A stretch of DNA of 64,000 bases from Thermodesulfobacteriota bacterium (GTDB lineage: Bacteria; Desulfobacterota; BSN033; UBA1163). The stretch lies in assembly GCA_036769565.1 (NCBI GenBank), contig DAIPKW010000004.1:3669-67668 (forward strand), in the 5' to 3' direction. The notes below the pieces were generated by a model. The model was not told where the DNA came from. It did no database searches and saw nothing but the letters and a program-made list of their open reading frames with translations. This document shows, piece after piece, positions 1 through 10,655 of this stretch. The translations under genes were made by a program, and so were the position numbers. Position 1 is the first letter of the stretch. Each line of letters begins with the position of its first letter.

Positions 1-1
1 G

Positions 2-670
2 AATGACTGGCTTTTTGAAGCCTTTGTCAGACAGAATGGAAGCTACCTCATCAGCGCCGATGGGAAAACGGCGAATTTCGATTCCAAGGAAGCCGTTGAA
101 GCCCTCGAGTTCTGGGTTGAATTGAAACACCGCCTTAAAGTCGGTCCTCCCCACAGCACTTGGGGATCCACTCCGCCCGATTTTGTGGGAGGGCGGACCG
201 CCATGCTTTACCACTCCACAGGCATTCTGACCTTCCTGAAGCGATCCGCAAAATTTGATTTTGGCGTTGCTTTCATGCCTCAGAAAAAGACCTATGGGGC
301 TGCCGTTGGAGGAGCCAATCTCATGATTGCGAAAAAGATACCAAAAGAGCGGCAGGAAGCCGCTTGGAAATATATTGCGTGGATGTCGAACGTGAAGAAT
401 GTGGCAGAATGGAGTGTGGCATCCGGTTATGTGGCTGTACGAAACAGTGCCTACGAAGATCCGGCGATGAAGGAGCATGTGAGCAAGAACCCTGAATATC
501 TTGTTGCCAGAGACCAGTTGAAATATGCCCATGGCAAGATGATGGCGAAGAATTTCCAGAAGGTTCGGGAAATTCTAAAACGGCAACTCGATGATTCTGT
601 AGCAGGGAAAATTGCACCTGCTGAGGCATTGAAGATTGCCCACAAAGAGATTCAAGCTGTGATTCAATAA
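2..670 (+). CDS. ABC transporter substrate-binding protein (CUT1 sugar/glycerol-3-phosphate family), 5'-partial
   Basis: The frame is open from the window edge (NDWLFEAFVRQNGSY...). The C-terminal half resembles UgpB/MalE-type periplasmic binding proteins and is followed by two permeases and an ATPase. Confidence 0.75.
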   Translation, partial: NDWLFEAFVRQNGSYLISADGKTANFDSKEAVEALEFWVELKHRLKVGPPHSTWGSTPPDFVGGRTAMLYHSTGILTFLKRSAKFDFGVAFMPQKKTYGAAVGGANLMIAKKIPKERQEAAWKYIAWMSNVKNVAEWSVASGYVAVRNSAYEDPAMKEHVSKNPEYLVARDQLKYAHGKMMAKNFQKVREILKRQLDDSVAGKIAPAEALKIAHKEIQAVIQ

Positions 671-739
671 TGAGGTAAGGAACAAAAAAATAGAAAAGGG
701 GATGGGAGAAATCGGCCCATCCCCTCATGATATTCTTGT

Positions 740-1618
740 ATGAAACGGCTGGAACATTTGAAGTGCTATGGTTATATTCTTCCCGGACTTTTTTTCATGG
801 GGATCTTCACTTTCATTCCGGTCTTCATGTCCGCTTACCTCTCTTTGTTCAAATGGAACGTCAATTATCCAGAGCCTCACTTTACCTGGTTTTCAAATTA
901 TGTGGAGGTCTTCAAGGCTCCGCTCTTTTGGCTGGTTTTGAGAAATAATCTCATTTATACCTTTACCACGATCCCCATCAGTATGTCTCTCGCCCTTTTT
1001 TTAGCAATCCTGATCAATCAGAAGATGGGATGGATCAGAAGCATTTATCGGGGATGTTTGTTCTATCCGACCATGATCCCCATGGTGGCCGCAGCCATGC
1101 TATGGGTTTGGATCTTCAACCCAGGCCTTGGGATTTTCAATTATTATCTCGGTTTTCTTGGTGTTCCCAAGATTGAATGGCTCTATGATATGCGCTATGC
1201 CCTGATCGCTATCATCATTATGAGTATCTGGAAAAATTTCGGTTATTATATGCTCATCTTTCTCGCCGGCCTTCAGGGAATTCCCAATCATTACTACGAA
1301 GCCGCAGCGATTGAAGGAGCGACTGGCTGGAAACAATTCCGTTACATCACCTTTCCCATGCTTGCGCCGGCCACACTCTTCGTCTTTGTTGTCGCCATCA
1401 TCTCCTCTTTTCAGGTCTTCGACCAGGTTTTTGTGATGACTCAAGGCGGTCCAGGGGACCGGACGAATGTGCTGGTCTTTTACATCTATCAGCATGCCTT
1501 TCGTTTCTGGGACCTGGGGATGGGATCGACCTTGACCACCCTTTTTATATCTGGGCTATTGGTCGCAATCTGGCTCGTTTTCCGGGTCCTTGGGAGAAGG
1601 GTCTATTATGAAGTTTAA
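740..1618 (+). CDS. sugar ABC transporter permease (MalF/UgpA-like)
   Basis: The 292-aa product is polytopic and carries the EAA-loop-like segment 'EAAAIEGATGWKQFRYITFP'. It sits in an operon with a second permease and the ATPase. Confidence 0.85.
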   Translation: MKRLEHLKCYGYILPGLFFMGIFTFIPVFMSAYLSLFKWNVNYPEPHFTWFSNYVEVFKAPLFWLVLRNNLIYTFTTIPISMSLALFLAILINQKMGWIRSIYRGCLFYPTMIPMVAAAMLWVWIFNPGLGIFNYYLGFLGVPKIEWLYDMRYALIAIIIMSIWKNFGYYMLIFLAGLQGIPNHYYEAAAIEGATGWKQFRYITFPMLAPATLFVFVVAIISSFQVFDQVFVMTQGGPGDRTNVLVFYIYQHAFRFWDLGMGSTLTTLFISGLLVAIWLVFRVLGRRVYYEV

Positions 1619-2441
1619 TTGGAAATTGAGAAATCGTCTGGGCCTCCACCTGATCCTGATGCTGGTTTCGCTCATTACGGTAGCTCCCTATTTCTGGATT
1701 CTTTCCACATCATTGAAATTTCGTACCGATGTCTTTACCCCTACCCCAAAATGGATACCTTGGCCCATCAATTTTCAGAATTACCTCGAAGTCTTTCAGA
1801 TGGCGCCTTTTCATCTTTACCTTCTTAATACGATTATTGTGGTGACAGGAATCTTGGGTGTTCAATTGGTGACTATAACCTTGGCTGCCTATGTCTTTTC
1901 GAGAAGGAATTTTTGGGGAAGGGAATTCTTCTTTTTTCTCTTTCTCATCCAAATGATGATTCCTATCCATGCGACTTTTTTACCCAATTTTCTGACCCTG
2001 AAGAAGTTTGATCTTCTCAACACAAGAGTGGCAATGATGCTTCCTTTCTTCGCCTCTGGCTACGGAACCTTCCTTCTCCGCCAAGCCTTTCGACAGATTC
2101 CAAGATCTTTGGAGGATGCTGCTGTCATCGATGGATGTGGTGGACTCCGATTTCTTTGGCATGTGTTGATTCCACTGGCTCGGCCGACCCTTGTGGCTTT
2201 CTCGATCATCAGTATCGTGAGCCATTGGAACGATTATCTGTGGCCACTGATCGTCACTGATACCCCAGAGGTTCGGACCCTGACGATTGGGTTAGGCATG
2301 TTCGTTCAACAGGAGAGTGGAGCGGACTGGACCTTGTTAATGGCTGCTACCGCCTTTGTCACCGCTCCTATGCTCCTCTTCTTTCTTGTTTTACAGAGAA
2401 AGTTTGTGGAAAGTTTTATGCTTAGTGGGATGAAGGGCTAA
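1608..2441 (+). CDS. sugar ABC transporter permease (MalG/UgpE-like)
   Basis: Multi-TM protein with the EAA motif 'EDAAVIDGCGGLRFLWHVLIPLARP'. The ATG at 1608 overlaps the upstream stop; the ORF caller's alternative start is 1590. Confidence 0.85.
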   Translation: MKFNWKLRNRLGLHLILMLVSLITVAPYFWILSTSLKFRTDVFTPTPKWIPWPINFQNYLEVFQMAPFHLYLLNTIIVVTGILGVQLVTITLAAYVFSRRNFWGREFFFFLFLIQMMIPIHATFLPNFLTLKKFDLLNTRVAMMLPFFASGYGTFLLRQAFRQIPRSLEDAAVIDGCGGLRFLWHVLIPLARPTLVAFSIISIVSHWNDYLWPLIVTDTPEVRTLTIGLGMFVQQESGADWTLLMAATAFVTAPMLLFFLVLQRKFVESFMLSGMKG

Positions 2442-2478
2442 AGGAATTTGAAAGCTCGAACAAAAGGAGGATTCTGTC

Positions 2479-3591
2479 ATGGCGCGCGTCGTTTTGCAAA
2501 ATGTCTCAAAACATTTTGGAACGGTCCAGGCCGTGAAGGATTTTCATCTCACCGTGGAGGATAAGGAATTTGCCATTCTTGTCGGTCCTTCGGGGTGTGG
2601 GAAATCGACTGCACTGCGGATGATTGCAGGATTAGAAGAACCTACCACGGGAACGATCTCCATTGGAGATCAAGTGGTCAATGACCTTCCTCCAAAAGAT
2701 CGGGACATTGCCATGGTTTTTCAAGAGTATGCCCTTTACCCCCACATGTCGGTCTATAAGAACATGGCTTTTGGTCTCAAGTTAAGAAAATTTCCCAAAC
2801 ATGAGATTGATCAAAGGGTGAAAGAGGCGGCAGAGATACTTGGCATCCAGGAGTTATTAGATCGGAAGCCGAAACAACTTTCCGGCGGACAACGCCAGCG
2901 GGTGGCTGTAGGAAGAGCCATTGTGCGTAAGCCGGCGGTCTTTCTCTTTGACGAACCTCTTTCGAATCTCGATGCGAAATTAAGGGTTCAAATGCGGGCT
3001 GAGCTCTCCAAACTTCATGACCGGCTTCAGACGACAATGATCTATGTGACTCATGACCAGGTTGAGGCGATGACCATGGGGACAAAGATCGTGGTGATGA
3101 AGGATGGTTTGATCCAGCAGGTGGGGCCTCCCCTGGAGGTCTATAACGAACCGGTCAACCTCTTTGTGGCAGGTTTTATTGGAAGTCCAGTAATGAACTT
3201 CATCCCCTGTCGAATCCTCTCGAAGGAAGGGCGCCTTCTGATTGATGCCGGAAGTTTTCAGTTGCCCATCCCTGAGAAACGAACTTCCTATTATCACTCT
3301 TTGGTCGATTCTGAAGCCATTTTTGGCATTCGCCCCAATGACATCTATGATCGGGCATTTGCTCCTGAAACTATCAAAGGGAATGCGGTTCGCTCGGTCA
3401 TCGATGTCATTGAACCCCTTGGTTCGGAGATCCATCTCAATGTGACTACGGGGCAACACAACCTGATCGCTGTGGTGGATGTCCAAACTTCGTATCGGGT
3501 CCATCAGGAGATTGAGCTTGCCTTTGACCTGGATCGAATGCATCTGTTTAAAAAAGATCCCCCCCATCTTCGAATCAAAGCAGAGGAATGA
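2479..3591 (+). CDS. ABC transporter ATP-binding protein (MalK/UgpC-like with C-terminal TOBE-like domain)
   Basis: Walker A 'GPSGCGKST', ABC signature 'LSGGQRQRV' and Walker B 'LFDEPLSNLD' are present, plus a roughly 130-aa C-terminal extension typical of MalK/UgpC. Confidence 0.9.
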   Translation: MARVVLQNVSKHFGTVQAVKDFHLTVEDKEFAILVGPSGCGKSTALRMIAGLEEPTTGTISIGDQVVNDLPPKDRDIAMVFQEYALYPHMSVYKNMAFGLKLRKFPKHEIDQRVKEAAEILGIQELLDRKPKQLSGGQRQRVAVGRAIVRKPAVFLFDEPLSNLDAKLRVQMRAELSKLHDRLQTTMIYVTHDQVEAMTMGTKIVVMKDGLIQQVGPPLEVYNEPVNLFVAGFIGSPVMNFIPCRILSKEGRLLIDAGSFQLPIPEKRTSYYHSLVDSEAIFGIRPNDIYDRAFAPETIKGNAVRSVIDVIEPLGSEIHLNVTTGQHNLIAVVDVQTSYRVHQEIELAFDLDRMHLFKKDPPHLRIKAEE

Positions 3592-4379
3592 TGTTCAAAG
3601 GGTTCATTTTTGATCTCGATGGAACGGTTTATCTGAGCGATCGCCTGATTCCGGGCGCGGATCGGGTGATCCAGAAACTCAGGCAAAAAGGGAAAAAGGT
3701 TGTTTTCCTTTCGAACAAACCCCTCCAGACCCGTGAAGATTACGCTTCTAAATTAACTCGTCTCGGTATCCCCACTCAACCTGACGAGGTAATCAATTCC
3801 ACTTTTGTCATGATCCATTACCTAAAAAAAAATGCCCCGGGCGCAACGCTTTTTGTGGTGGGAGAACTTCCCTTTATTGAAGAATTGAAGGGAGCTGGTT
3901 TTACGATCACTGAAGAACCGGAAGAGATTGACTATGTGATCGTGGCTTTCGATCGGACTTTCGATTATAAAAAATTAAATATCGCCTTTCAGGCCATTAA
4001 AAAATATGGGGCCCATTTCATTGCCACCAACCCTGACCGAACCTGTCCGATAGAAGGTGGGGAGATTCCGGATTGTGCCGGGATGATAGCGGCTATTGAG
4101 GCAGTAACAGAGAAGAAGGTGGAAGTCATTGTCGGGAAACCATCACCCATCATGGTTCAAACGGTATTGGAGGTGCTGGGATTAAGACCCGAAGAATGTA
4201 TTCTGATTGGAGACCGCCTGGAGACGGATATTAAGATGGGAAAGGATGCCGGAATTACCACAGGGATTGTCCTGACTGGTGTGACGGATGAAAAGACCCT
4301 TGTGCAATATAAACACACACCCAACCAGCCTGACTTTATCTTCCAGAGCATCGCCGACGTCGAAGACTTACTATTATAA
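3588..4379 (+). CDS. HAD-IIA family sugar phosphatase (NagD-like)
   Basis: N-terminal 'FIFDLDGTVY' HAD motif I. Length and C-terminal 'GDRLETDI' motif fit the HAD-IIA subfamily. Confidence 0.8.
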   Translation: MMFKGFIFDLDGTVYLSDRLIPGADRVIQKLRQKGKKVVFLSNKPLQTREDYASKLTRLGIPTQPDEVINSTFVMIHYLKKNAPGATLFVVGELPFIEELKGAGFTITEEPEEIDYVIVAFDRTFDYKKLNIAFQAIKKYGAHFIATNPDRTCPIEGGEIPDCAGMIAAIEAVTEKKVEVIVGKPSPIMVQTVLEVLGLRPEECILIGDRLETDIKMGKDAGITTGIVLTGVTDEKTLVQYKHTPNQPDFIFQSIADVEDLLL

Positions 4380-4438
4380 ACAACGTTATCGTTTTGCCAT
4401 TTTACAACCCTTTTAGATTCTGTTAAATTATCTTCCTG

Positions 4439-7045
4439 ATGACTACCAGACCCATCACCCCGATGATCAAGCAGTATCTCCAGATCAAGAGTCAATATCC
4501 GGATTCAATTCTCTTTTTTAGAATGGGCGACTTCTACGAAATGTTCTTTGAGGATGCCAAAGTTGCCTCTAAAGAACTCGATATTGCATTGACTTCACGA
4601 GACAAAGGTCAGAAAGATAGTATTCCGCTGTGTGGCGTTCCCCACTTCACTGCTGAAACCTATATTTCGAAACTTCTTCAGAAAGGATATAAGGTTGCCC
4701 TCTGCGATCAGGTTGAGGATCCCAAATTGGCCAAAGGCATTGTGAAACGAGAGGTCGTCCGGGTCTTCACGCCGGGTCTGGCTATGGATTCCATCCACTT
4801 GGGTAGCGGTGAGAATAATTACCTGATGGGATTCTGTGCAGAAGGTGAGGTTTTTGGTCTTGCCTTTCTCGATATTTCAACAGGCGAATTGAAAACTTGT
4901 CAGATCTCTGGCTTTGAACCGTTCCTGAGTGAAGCGCTTCGGAATGAACCCAGAGAGATTCTCTGTTTTCAGCAATTCAAGGATCATCCCTGCTTTTTAA
5001 TATTTAAAAAGAATTTTCAAGAAGGGTTGATCCAATTCGTAGAGGATTCGAAGATTGATGTGTTCCATCCGTTTCAAGAAAGATATGGAGAATCGATTCC
5101 ACGTGAATTTCCCCTGGCTGCGGTAGCTACTGAGATGGTTCTCCATTATGCAGAGGAGAACCAGAAACGTCCGCTCTCCCATATTCGACCCATCCTTTTC
5201 TATAGGGTTCAAGACTTCATGGTCATTGATGAAGTGACGAAGCGAAATTTGGAGCTGACCCAGTCCCTCTTCGACCAGAGCAAAAAAGGTTCTCTCTTCT
5301 GGGTGCTCGATGAGACGATGACCCCGATGGGGAGCAGAAAGCTGAAACAATGGTTAAATTATCCCCTGATGGATATTGTGCAGATTGATCGCCGGCTTGA
5401 AAGTGTTTCCGAATTGAAAGAGAAGAAGATCGAAAGAAAGCGATTGAGGGAATCCTTAAGCGGGATTCAAGATATTGAAAGATATGCCTCAAGAATTTTA
5501 CTTGGACATGCAAATGCCAGAGACCTTGTGGGTTTAAAGAATTCTTTGCGACATTTGCCCGATCTGAAAATCCTACTCCAAGCCTACTCCTCTTCGCTTC
5601 TCAAAGAAGTCGTATCTGAGATAGAAGGCTTTGAAGCACTTTTTCAACTGCTCGACTCCTCCATCATAGAGACCCCCCCTATCACGGTAAAAGAGGGAGG
5701 CATCATCAAACCCCATTTCAGCAAAGAATTGGATGATTTAAGGGAGATTGGAAAAGAAGGGAAGAAGTGGATCTTTCAACTGGAAGCGGAGGAGAGGAGG
5801 AAGACAGGAATATCCTCCCTGAAGGTAAGATACAATCAGATTTTCGGATATTACATCGAAGTAACTAAAAGCAATCTCTCTCTTGTTCCTGAACATTACA
5901 TTCGAAAGCAGACGTTGGTTAATGCCGAGCGATTCATCACACCGGAATTGAAGGAGTTTGAGACCAAGGTGTTGGGTGCTGAAGAGGCGATCTGCCAGCT
6001 CGAATACCGGCTCTTTGAGGAGATACAGAGAAGAGTTTCTGAGGAGACCCCTAGGCTTCAAAAGACCGCATCTGCCGTTTCTGTCTTGGATGTCCTCTGT
6101 TCCATGGCAGAAGTGGCTGACCGATATAATTATTGCCGACCGAAGATTGACGAAGGTGAAGAGATTTTGATTGAGGAGGGCAGGCATCCGGTCCTCGAAC
6201 GGATGCCCTTTTCTGAGAGGTTTGTTCCCAATGATACCTTGCTTGATCAACACGAGCATCAGATCCTCATCATTACCGGACCCAATATGGCAGGAAAGTC
6301 AACCTATTTGAGACAGGTCGCCCTCATCATCCTGATGGCACAGATGGGAAGTTTTGTTCCAGCCGCTGAAGCCCGAATCGGGCTGGTGGATCGAATCTTC
6401 ACACGCATCGGTGCCCTCGACAATATTATGCGAGGCCAGAGCACCTTTATGGTGGAGATGATGGAAACAGCCCGTATCCTTCATCAGGCTACCTCAAGAA
6501 GTCTTGTCATTCTCGATGAGATCGGAAGGGGAACGAGCACGTTTGATGGGTTGAGCATTGCTTGGGCCGTGGTCGAGTATCTCCACGATCACCCTCTGCT
6601 CAGACCTCGGACCCTCTTTGCGACACACTACCACGAATTGACAGAGCTGGCGCTGACCAAAGAGAGGGTAAAGAATTACAATGTCGCTGTCAAGGAATGG
6701 GGAGGAGAGATCATCTTTCTGAGAAAAGTTCTGGAAGGAGGGACCAACCGCAGCTATGGGATTCAGGTGGCACGTCTGGCAGGTCTTCCTGAAAAGGTGA
6801 TTGACCGAGCCAAGGAGGTTCTCTCCAATCTCGAACGAGGCGAGTTCGATTCGATGGGCATACCCAAAATTGCCAAATCGAAAGTGGCCGCATTAAAACC
6901 CAAAATCCCAATCCAGCCATCCCTCTTCTCTCAGGCTGACCCCATCCGATTGGAATTGAGAAAGATTGACCCCGATCAGATGACACCCCTGGAGGCATTA
7001 AAGCTATTAAATGAGTTGAAGAAGAAAGCGGAGAAAGAAGAATAG
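4439..7045 (+). CDS. mutS: DNA mismatch repair protein MutS
   Basis: 868 aa with N-terminal 'TPMIKQYLQIK...FFRMGDFYEMF', Walker A 'GPNMAGKST' and the 'DEIGRGTSTFDG' motif. Confidence 0.95.
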   Translation: MTTRPITPMIKQYLQIKSQYPDSILFFRMGDFYEMFFEDAKVASKELDIALTSRDKGQKDSIPLCGVPHFTAETYISKLLQKGYKVALCDQVEDPKLAKGIVKREVVRVFTPGLAMDSIHLGSGENNYLMGFCAEGEVFGLAFLDISTGELKTCQISGFEPFLSEALRNEPREILCFQQFKDHPCFLIFKKNFQEGLIQFVEDSKIDVFHPFQERYGESIPREFPLAAVATEMVLHYAEENQKRPLSHIRPILFYRVQDFMVIDEVTKRNLELTQSLFDQSKKGSLFWVLDETMTPMGSRKLKQWLNYPLMDIVQIDRRLESVSELKEKKIERKRLRESLSGIQDIERYASRILLGHANARDLVGLKNSLRHLPDLKILLQAYSSSLLKEVVSEIEGFEALFQLLDSSIIETPPITVKEGGIIKPHFSKELDDLREIGKEGKKWIFQLEAEERRKTGISSLKVRYNQIFGYYIEVTKSNLSLVPEHYIRKQTLVNAERFITPELKEFETKVLGAEEAICQLEYRLFEEIQRRVSEETPRLQKTASAVSVLDVLCSMAEVADRYNYCRPKIDEGEEILIEEGRHPVLERMPFSERFVPNDTLLDQHEHQILIITGPNMAGKSTYLRQVALIILMAQMGSFVPAAEARIGLVDRIFTRIGALDNIMRGQSTFMVEMMETARILHQATSRSLVILDEIGRGTSTFDGLSIAWAVVEYLHDHPLLRPRTLFATHYHELTELALTKERVKNYNVAVKEWGGEIIFLRKVLEGGTNRSYGIQVARLAGLPEKVIDRAKEVLSNLERGEFDSMGIPKIAKSKVAALKPKIPIQPSLFSQADPIRLELRKIDPDQMTPLEALKLLNELKKKAEKEE

Positions 7046-7124
7046 AAGAAGTGTCTAAAATGACGACTTAAATCCTCTGTAGGTTGTCATTCCGGGCTTG
7101 ATCCGGGATCCAGAAAAAGGCTGG

Positions 7125-7153
7125 ATTTCTGCTTCCGCAGAAATGACTCCTTT
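7125..7153 (+). terminator. putative intrinsic terminator after mutS (8-bp stem atttctgc/gcagaaat, loop ttcc, short U-run)
   Basis: A perfect 8-bp hairpin 80 nt after the mutS stop is followed by 'gactcctttt'. The U-tract is short, so this is tentative. Confidence 0.35.
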
Positions 7154-7265
7154 TAGTATGATTAATGTTGTTATATATCAAGTGGCTAAAATGCTTAAAG
7201 TGCCAAGAATGGATTTTCTAAACTTGAATTTACTTTAGGGCAATTTAGGCACTTCATTTTTAAAG

Positions 7266-7913
7266 ATGCTCGATTTTCAAAAGTCAAGATGGAAGATGGT
7301 AGAGGAGCAGATCATTGGAAGGGAGATCAAAGATCCACGTGTGATTGCAGCCATGAAGAAGGTCCCCCGACATCTTTTTGTCGAGGAAGCACTCCAGAAC
7401 CAGGCCTACAATGACCGCCCTTTACCAATCGGAGAGAAGCAGACCATCTCTCAACCTTATATGGTTGCACTGATGACCGAGGCTCTGATGCTGAAAGGAA
7501 AGGAGAAGGTTCTCGAGATTGGCTCAGGTTCAGGTTATCAAACGGCCATCCTTGCGGAGCTGGCCCAAGAGGTCTTCTCCGTTGAAAGGATCCGGACACT
7601 TGCCGTCCGAGCAAGGAAAATCCTTTATGAGTTAGGCTATTTCAATGTGGAGATCAAGATCTTTGATGGCACATTTGGGTGGGTAGAGAAAAGCCCATTT
7701 GATGCCATCATGGTCACAGCCGGTTCTCCAGATATTCCCCAACCCCTCTATGAACAGTTGTCTATGGGAGGTAGGCTCGTCATCCCGATAGGAGATGAGA
7801 ACATTCAGGATCTTTTCCGTATTACCAAAACAGAAGGGGGGATGAAGAAGGAGGACTTGGGTGGTTGTCGGTTTGTCAAACTGGTAGGGAAATATGGGTG
7901 GGAAGAGGAGTGA
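7266..7913 (+). CDS. pcm: protein-L-isoaspartate O-methyltransferase
   Basis: 'VPRHLFVEE', SAM-binding '[13 protein letters not shown]' and 215 aa. It lies next to an nlpD-like gene, as in E. coli. Confidence 0.9.
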   Translation: MLDFQKSRWKMVEEQIIGREIKDPRVIAAMKKVPRHLFVEEALQNQAYNDRPLPIGEKQTISQPYMVALMTEALMLKGKEKVLEIGSGSGYQTAILAELAQEVFSVERIRTLAVRARKILYELGYFNVEIKIFDGTFGWVEKSPFDAIMVTAGSPDIPQPLYEQLSMGGRLVIPIGDENIQDLFRITKTEGGMKKEDLGGCRFVKLVGKYGWEEE

Positions 7914-7958
7914 GTAGGAAACGAGGGATGAGGAACGATGGACGATGAATTATGAATT

Positions 7959-8720
7959 GTGATCACCCCTCGATGTATAGTACACAGCGAAGAAAGAAGT
8001 GATATTCGAAAACGGATGGTGAATCATATTTTATGGGTATTATTTGTTTCAACCGTTTTTCTAACCCAGGGGTGTGCAAAACAGAAAGTCGTTATTGACC
8101 GATCCCCTCTACCTTCCCGAAGTGGTATTTATCATATCGTCGAAAAGCATCAGACGCTTTACCGGATCTGTAAAACCTATGGAGTGGATATCAAAGAAGT
8201 GGCTTCTATCAATCGGATTGCAGATCAAAGCAGAATTAAGGTTGGACAGAGGATCTTCATCCCGGGAGTGAGAAGGGCTTTAAAAGTGGAGGTTTATATT
8301 GAAGACGTAGTTGAAACGTCTATTCCTCAAGAGAAGGTCGTCTATAAGAAGCCGATTTTTACCTGGCCTGTGGAGGGACGATTAGTTGATCTCTTTGATG
8401 AAACAGAGGGAAAGAGGCATATGGGAGTTGACATCTCCTCCCCAGCCGGTACACCCATCAAAGCCTCTGCCTCAGGAAAAGTGATCTATTCGGGAAACAC
8501 GATTCGTGGATATGGGAATATGGTCATCCTGCGCCACTCTGAGGAGTTCGTGACCATCTATGCGCATAACGAGGTTAATCTCGTTGAAGAAGGGGAGTGG
8601 GTCGAGAGAGGGCAAATTATTGGAAAAGTAGGACAGACCGGAAGGGCCTCTGGCCCTCACCTCCACTTCGAAATCAGGAAAAACGATAAAGCCGTTGATC
8701 CTTTGCTTTTTTTGAAATGA
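7959..8720 (+). CDS. nlpD: LysM domain / M23 family peptidase lipoprotein (NlpD-like)
   Basis: Lipoprotein signal with lipobox 'LTQGC', a LysM segment ('YHIVEKHQTLYRICKTYGVDIKEVASINRI') and a C-terminal M23 domain ('HMGVDISSPAGTPIKA...HLHFEIR'). The true start may be the ATG at 8016. Confidence 0.85.
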   Translation: MITPRCIVHSEERSDIRKRMVNHILWVLFVSTVFLTQGCAKQKVVIDRSPLPSRSGIYHIVEKHQTLYRICKTYGVDIKEVASINRIADQSRIKVGQRIFIPGVRRALKVEVYIEDVVETSIPQEKVVYKKPIFTWPVEGRLVDLFDETEGKRHMGVDISSPAGTPIKASASGKVIYSGNTIRGYGNMVILRHSEEFVTIYAHNEVNLVEEGEWVERGQIIGKVGQTGRASGPHLHFEIRKNDKAVDPLLFLK

Positions 8721-8745
8721 CCCGTCTTCTTTGAAAGGACTGACA

Positions 8746-9756
8746 ATGTTTGTTTTAGCGATTGAGACATCTTGCGATGACACGGGAGCAGCAGTTCTTT
8801 TGAACGGAAGAAGAATCCTTTCAAATGTGGTCTCATCACAAGTCTCAGTTCATCAAAAATATGGCGGGGTTGTTCCAGAGCTGGCATCGAGAAAACATAT
8901 CGAAATGATTGTTCCCATCGTCACTGAAGCCCTGGAGGAGGCAGGGATTAGGTTGAAAGAGATCCATGGCATAGCAGTCACTCAGGGGCCGGGGTTGGTG
9001 GGTTCATTACTGGTAGGCCTCTCTTTTGCAAAATCGCTTGCCCTTGCAGCGAGATTACCTTTCGTTGGAGTCAATCATATCGAAGCTCACCTCTCTGCCA
9101 TTTTTCTTGAAGAGGAACCTCCAAGATTCCCATTTATCGGCCTGGTGGTTTCAGGAGGCCACACATCGCTTTTCCGCATGGATGGTTTTGGAAAATTAAA
9201 GAGATTGGGACAGACAAGAGATGATGCGGCAGGTGAGGCTTTTGATAAGGTTGCAAAGCTATTAGGACTGGGTTATCCGGGTGGACCCATTATTGATCAA
9301 CTTTCCATGACAAGCAGTACAAAACCAATTCGCTTTCCAAGGGCTTGCCTTGGAAAAGGGTCGTTTGATTTTAGTTTCAGTGGAGTGAAGACCGCCGTCG
9401 TCAATTTCGTAAAGGCCCATCCCTGGTCTCCAGAAGGACTTTCCGAAGAGATGGTCCGAAACATCGTCGCCGGTTTTCAGGAGGCGGTCGTGGATGTTCT
9501 GGTGAAGAAGACTATTCAGGCCGCACAACATGAAGGTTTGAAGAGAGTGGTTGTTTCGGGTGGAGTAGCTGCCAATCGCCTCTTGCGATGGAGAATGGCG
9601 GAAGAGGCTTCCCAAAAGAAGATGCGAGTCTATATTCCTTCTCCCATCTTTTGCACGGATAATGCGGCCATGGTGGGGGTAGTGGGATATGAATATTTGA
9701 AAAGAGGCATGAGGGCTCCATTATCGCTCAATGCCTTTTCGAATCTACCGCTCTAA
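8746..9756 (+). CDS. tsaD: tRNA N6-adenosine threonylcarbamoyltransferase TsaD
   Basis: 'MFVLAIETSCDDTGAAVL' Kae1/TsaD N-terminus, with an SD 'aaagga' 7 nt upstream of the ATG at 8746. The ORF caller's TTG at 8731 is less likely. Confidence 0.9.
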   Translation: MFVLAIETSCDDTGAAVLLNGRRILSNVVSSQVSVHQKYGGVVPELASRKHIEMIVPIVTEALEEAGIRLKEIHGIAVTQGPGLVGSLLVGLSFAKSLALAARLPFVGVNHIEAHLSAIFLEEEPPRFPFIGLVVSGGHTSLFRMDGFGKLKRLGQTRDDAAGEAFDKVAKLLGLGYPGGPIIDQLSMTSSTKPIRFPRACLGKGSFDFSFSGVKTAVVNFVKAHPWSPEGLSEEMVRNIVAGFQEAVVDVLVKKTIQAAQHEGLKRVVVSGGVAANRLLRWRMAEEASQKKMRVYIPSPIFCTDNAAMVGVVGYEYLKRGMRAPLSLNAFSNLPL

Positions 9757-9791
9757 TGTAGCCTATCGAATGATAAAGAGAATTGAATTTT

Positions 9792-10655
9792 ATGGTATCC
9801 ATACGAAAAGAACTTAGGGAGTGTGGCTTAACTCCTCAAAAGAGATTGGGGCAACACTTCCTTATTGACCAGAACATTTTAGATAAAGTGATAAAGACGG
9901 CAGACCTGAGACAGGAGGATGTGGTACTCGAAGTGGGTCCGGGACTTGGAGCAATGACCCTTGCCTTGGCACAAAAGGCGAGGTATGTGTTTGCCGTTGA
10001 GGTCGATTCGAAGCTGGTTCAAATATTAAGAGAAAAGGTGACGGGCCTTCGTAATGTGAAGATCATTTGCGCCAATATATTGAGAGTAAAATTCGAATAT
10101 CTATTCTATGAGGCAGGAAGATCTCTTAAAGTGGTGGCCAATCTTCCATACAATATTTCAACACCCCTTCTCTACCGTTTTATAGAAGAGAGAAAATATT
10201 TTTCTGAGATGACTTTGATGCTACAAAGGGAGGTGGTAGAGAGGATGATTGCACCTCCTGGCAGAAAAGAGTATGGCGCTTTATCCATACTGGTCCAGAT
10301 GGTTTCCTGTCCAACCGTCCGATTTTTTATCAAACCTTCTGCTTTCTTTCCCACTCCCAAGGTTGAATCCGCAGTTGTCCAGATTGTCTGGAGAGAAGAT
10401 TTGATGATCAAAGCAGAAGATGAGGATTGGTTTATCAAGGTAGTTAAGGCGAGCTTCAGCCATCGGCGAAAGACATTGATCAATTCTCTGAAACATTCCG
10501 GTCTTCCATTGCTGAGAGGAACAGAGAAGGGGATGGAAAGGGCTGGGATCGATCCTCAAAGAAGGCCAGAGACCCTTAGTATAGAAGAGTTTGTGCGTTT
10601 GGCTGAAGTTCTGAAATCGATTGGTTCATGGCCGAAGAGCGACCTGATCTGTTAG
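9792..10655 (+). CDS. rsmA: 16S rRNA (adenine1518/1519-N6)-dimethyltransferase RsmA/KsgA
   Basis: 'RLGQHFLIDQNILDKVI' and 'VLEVGPGLGAMTL' KsgA motifs. ATG at 9792; the alternative TTG is at 9783. Confidence 0.9.
   Translation: MVSIRKELRECGLTPQKRLGQHFLIDQNILDKVIKTADLRQEDVVLEVGPGLGAMTLALAQKARYVFAVEVDSKLVQILREKVTGLRNVKIICANILRVKFEYLFYEAGRSLKVVANLPYNISTPLLYRFIEERKYFSEMTLMLQREVVERMIAPPGRKEYGALSILVQMVSCPTVRFFIKPSAFFPTPKVESAVVQIVWREDLMIKAEDEDWFIKVVKASFSHRRKTLINSLKHSGLPLLRGTEKGMERAGIDPQRRPETLSIEEFVRLAEVLKSIGSWPKSDLIC

Noticed and set aside
7046-7265. sigma-54 promoter-like 'TGGCTAAAATGCT' upstream of pcm
   Set aside because: The GG-to-GC spacing is 9 nt, not the required 10 between the -24 GG and -12 GC elements. 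It does not fit TGGCAC-N5-TTGC.
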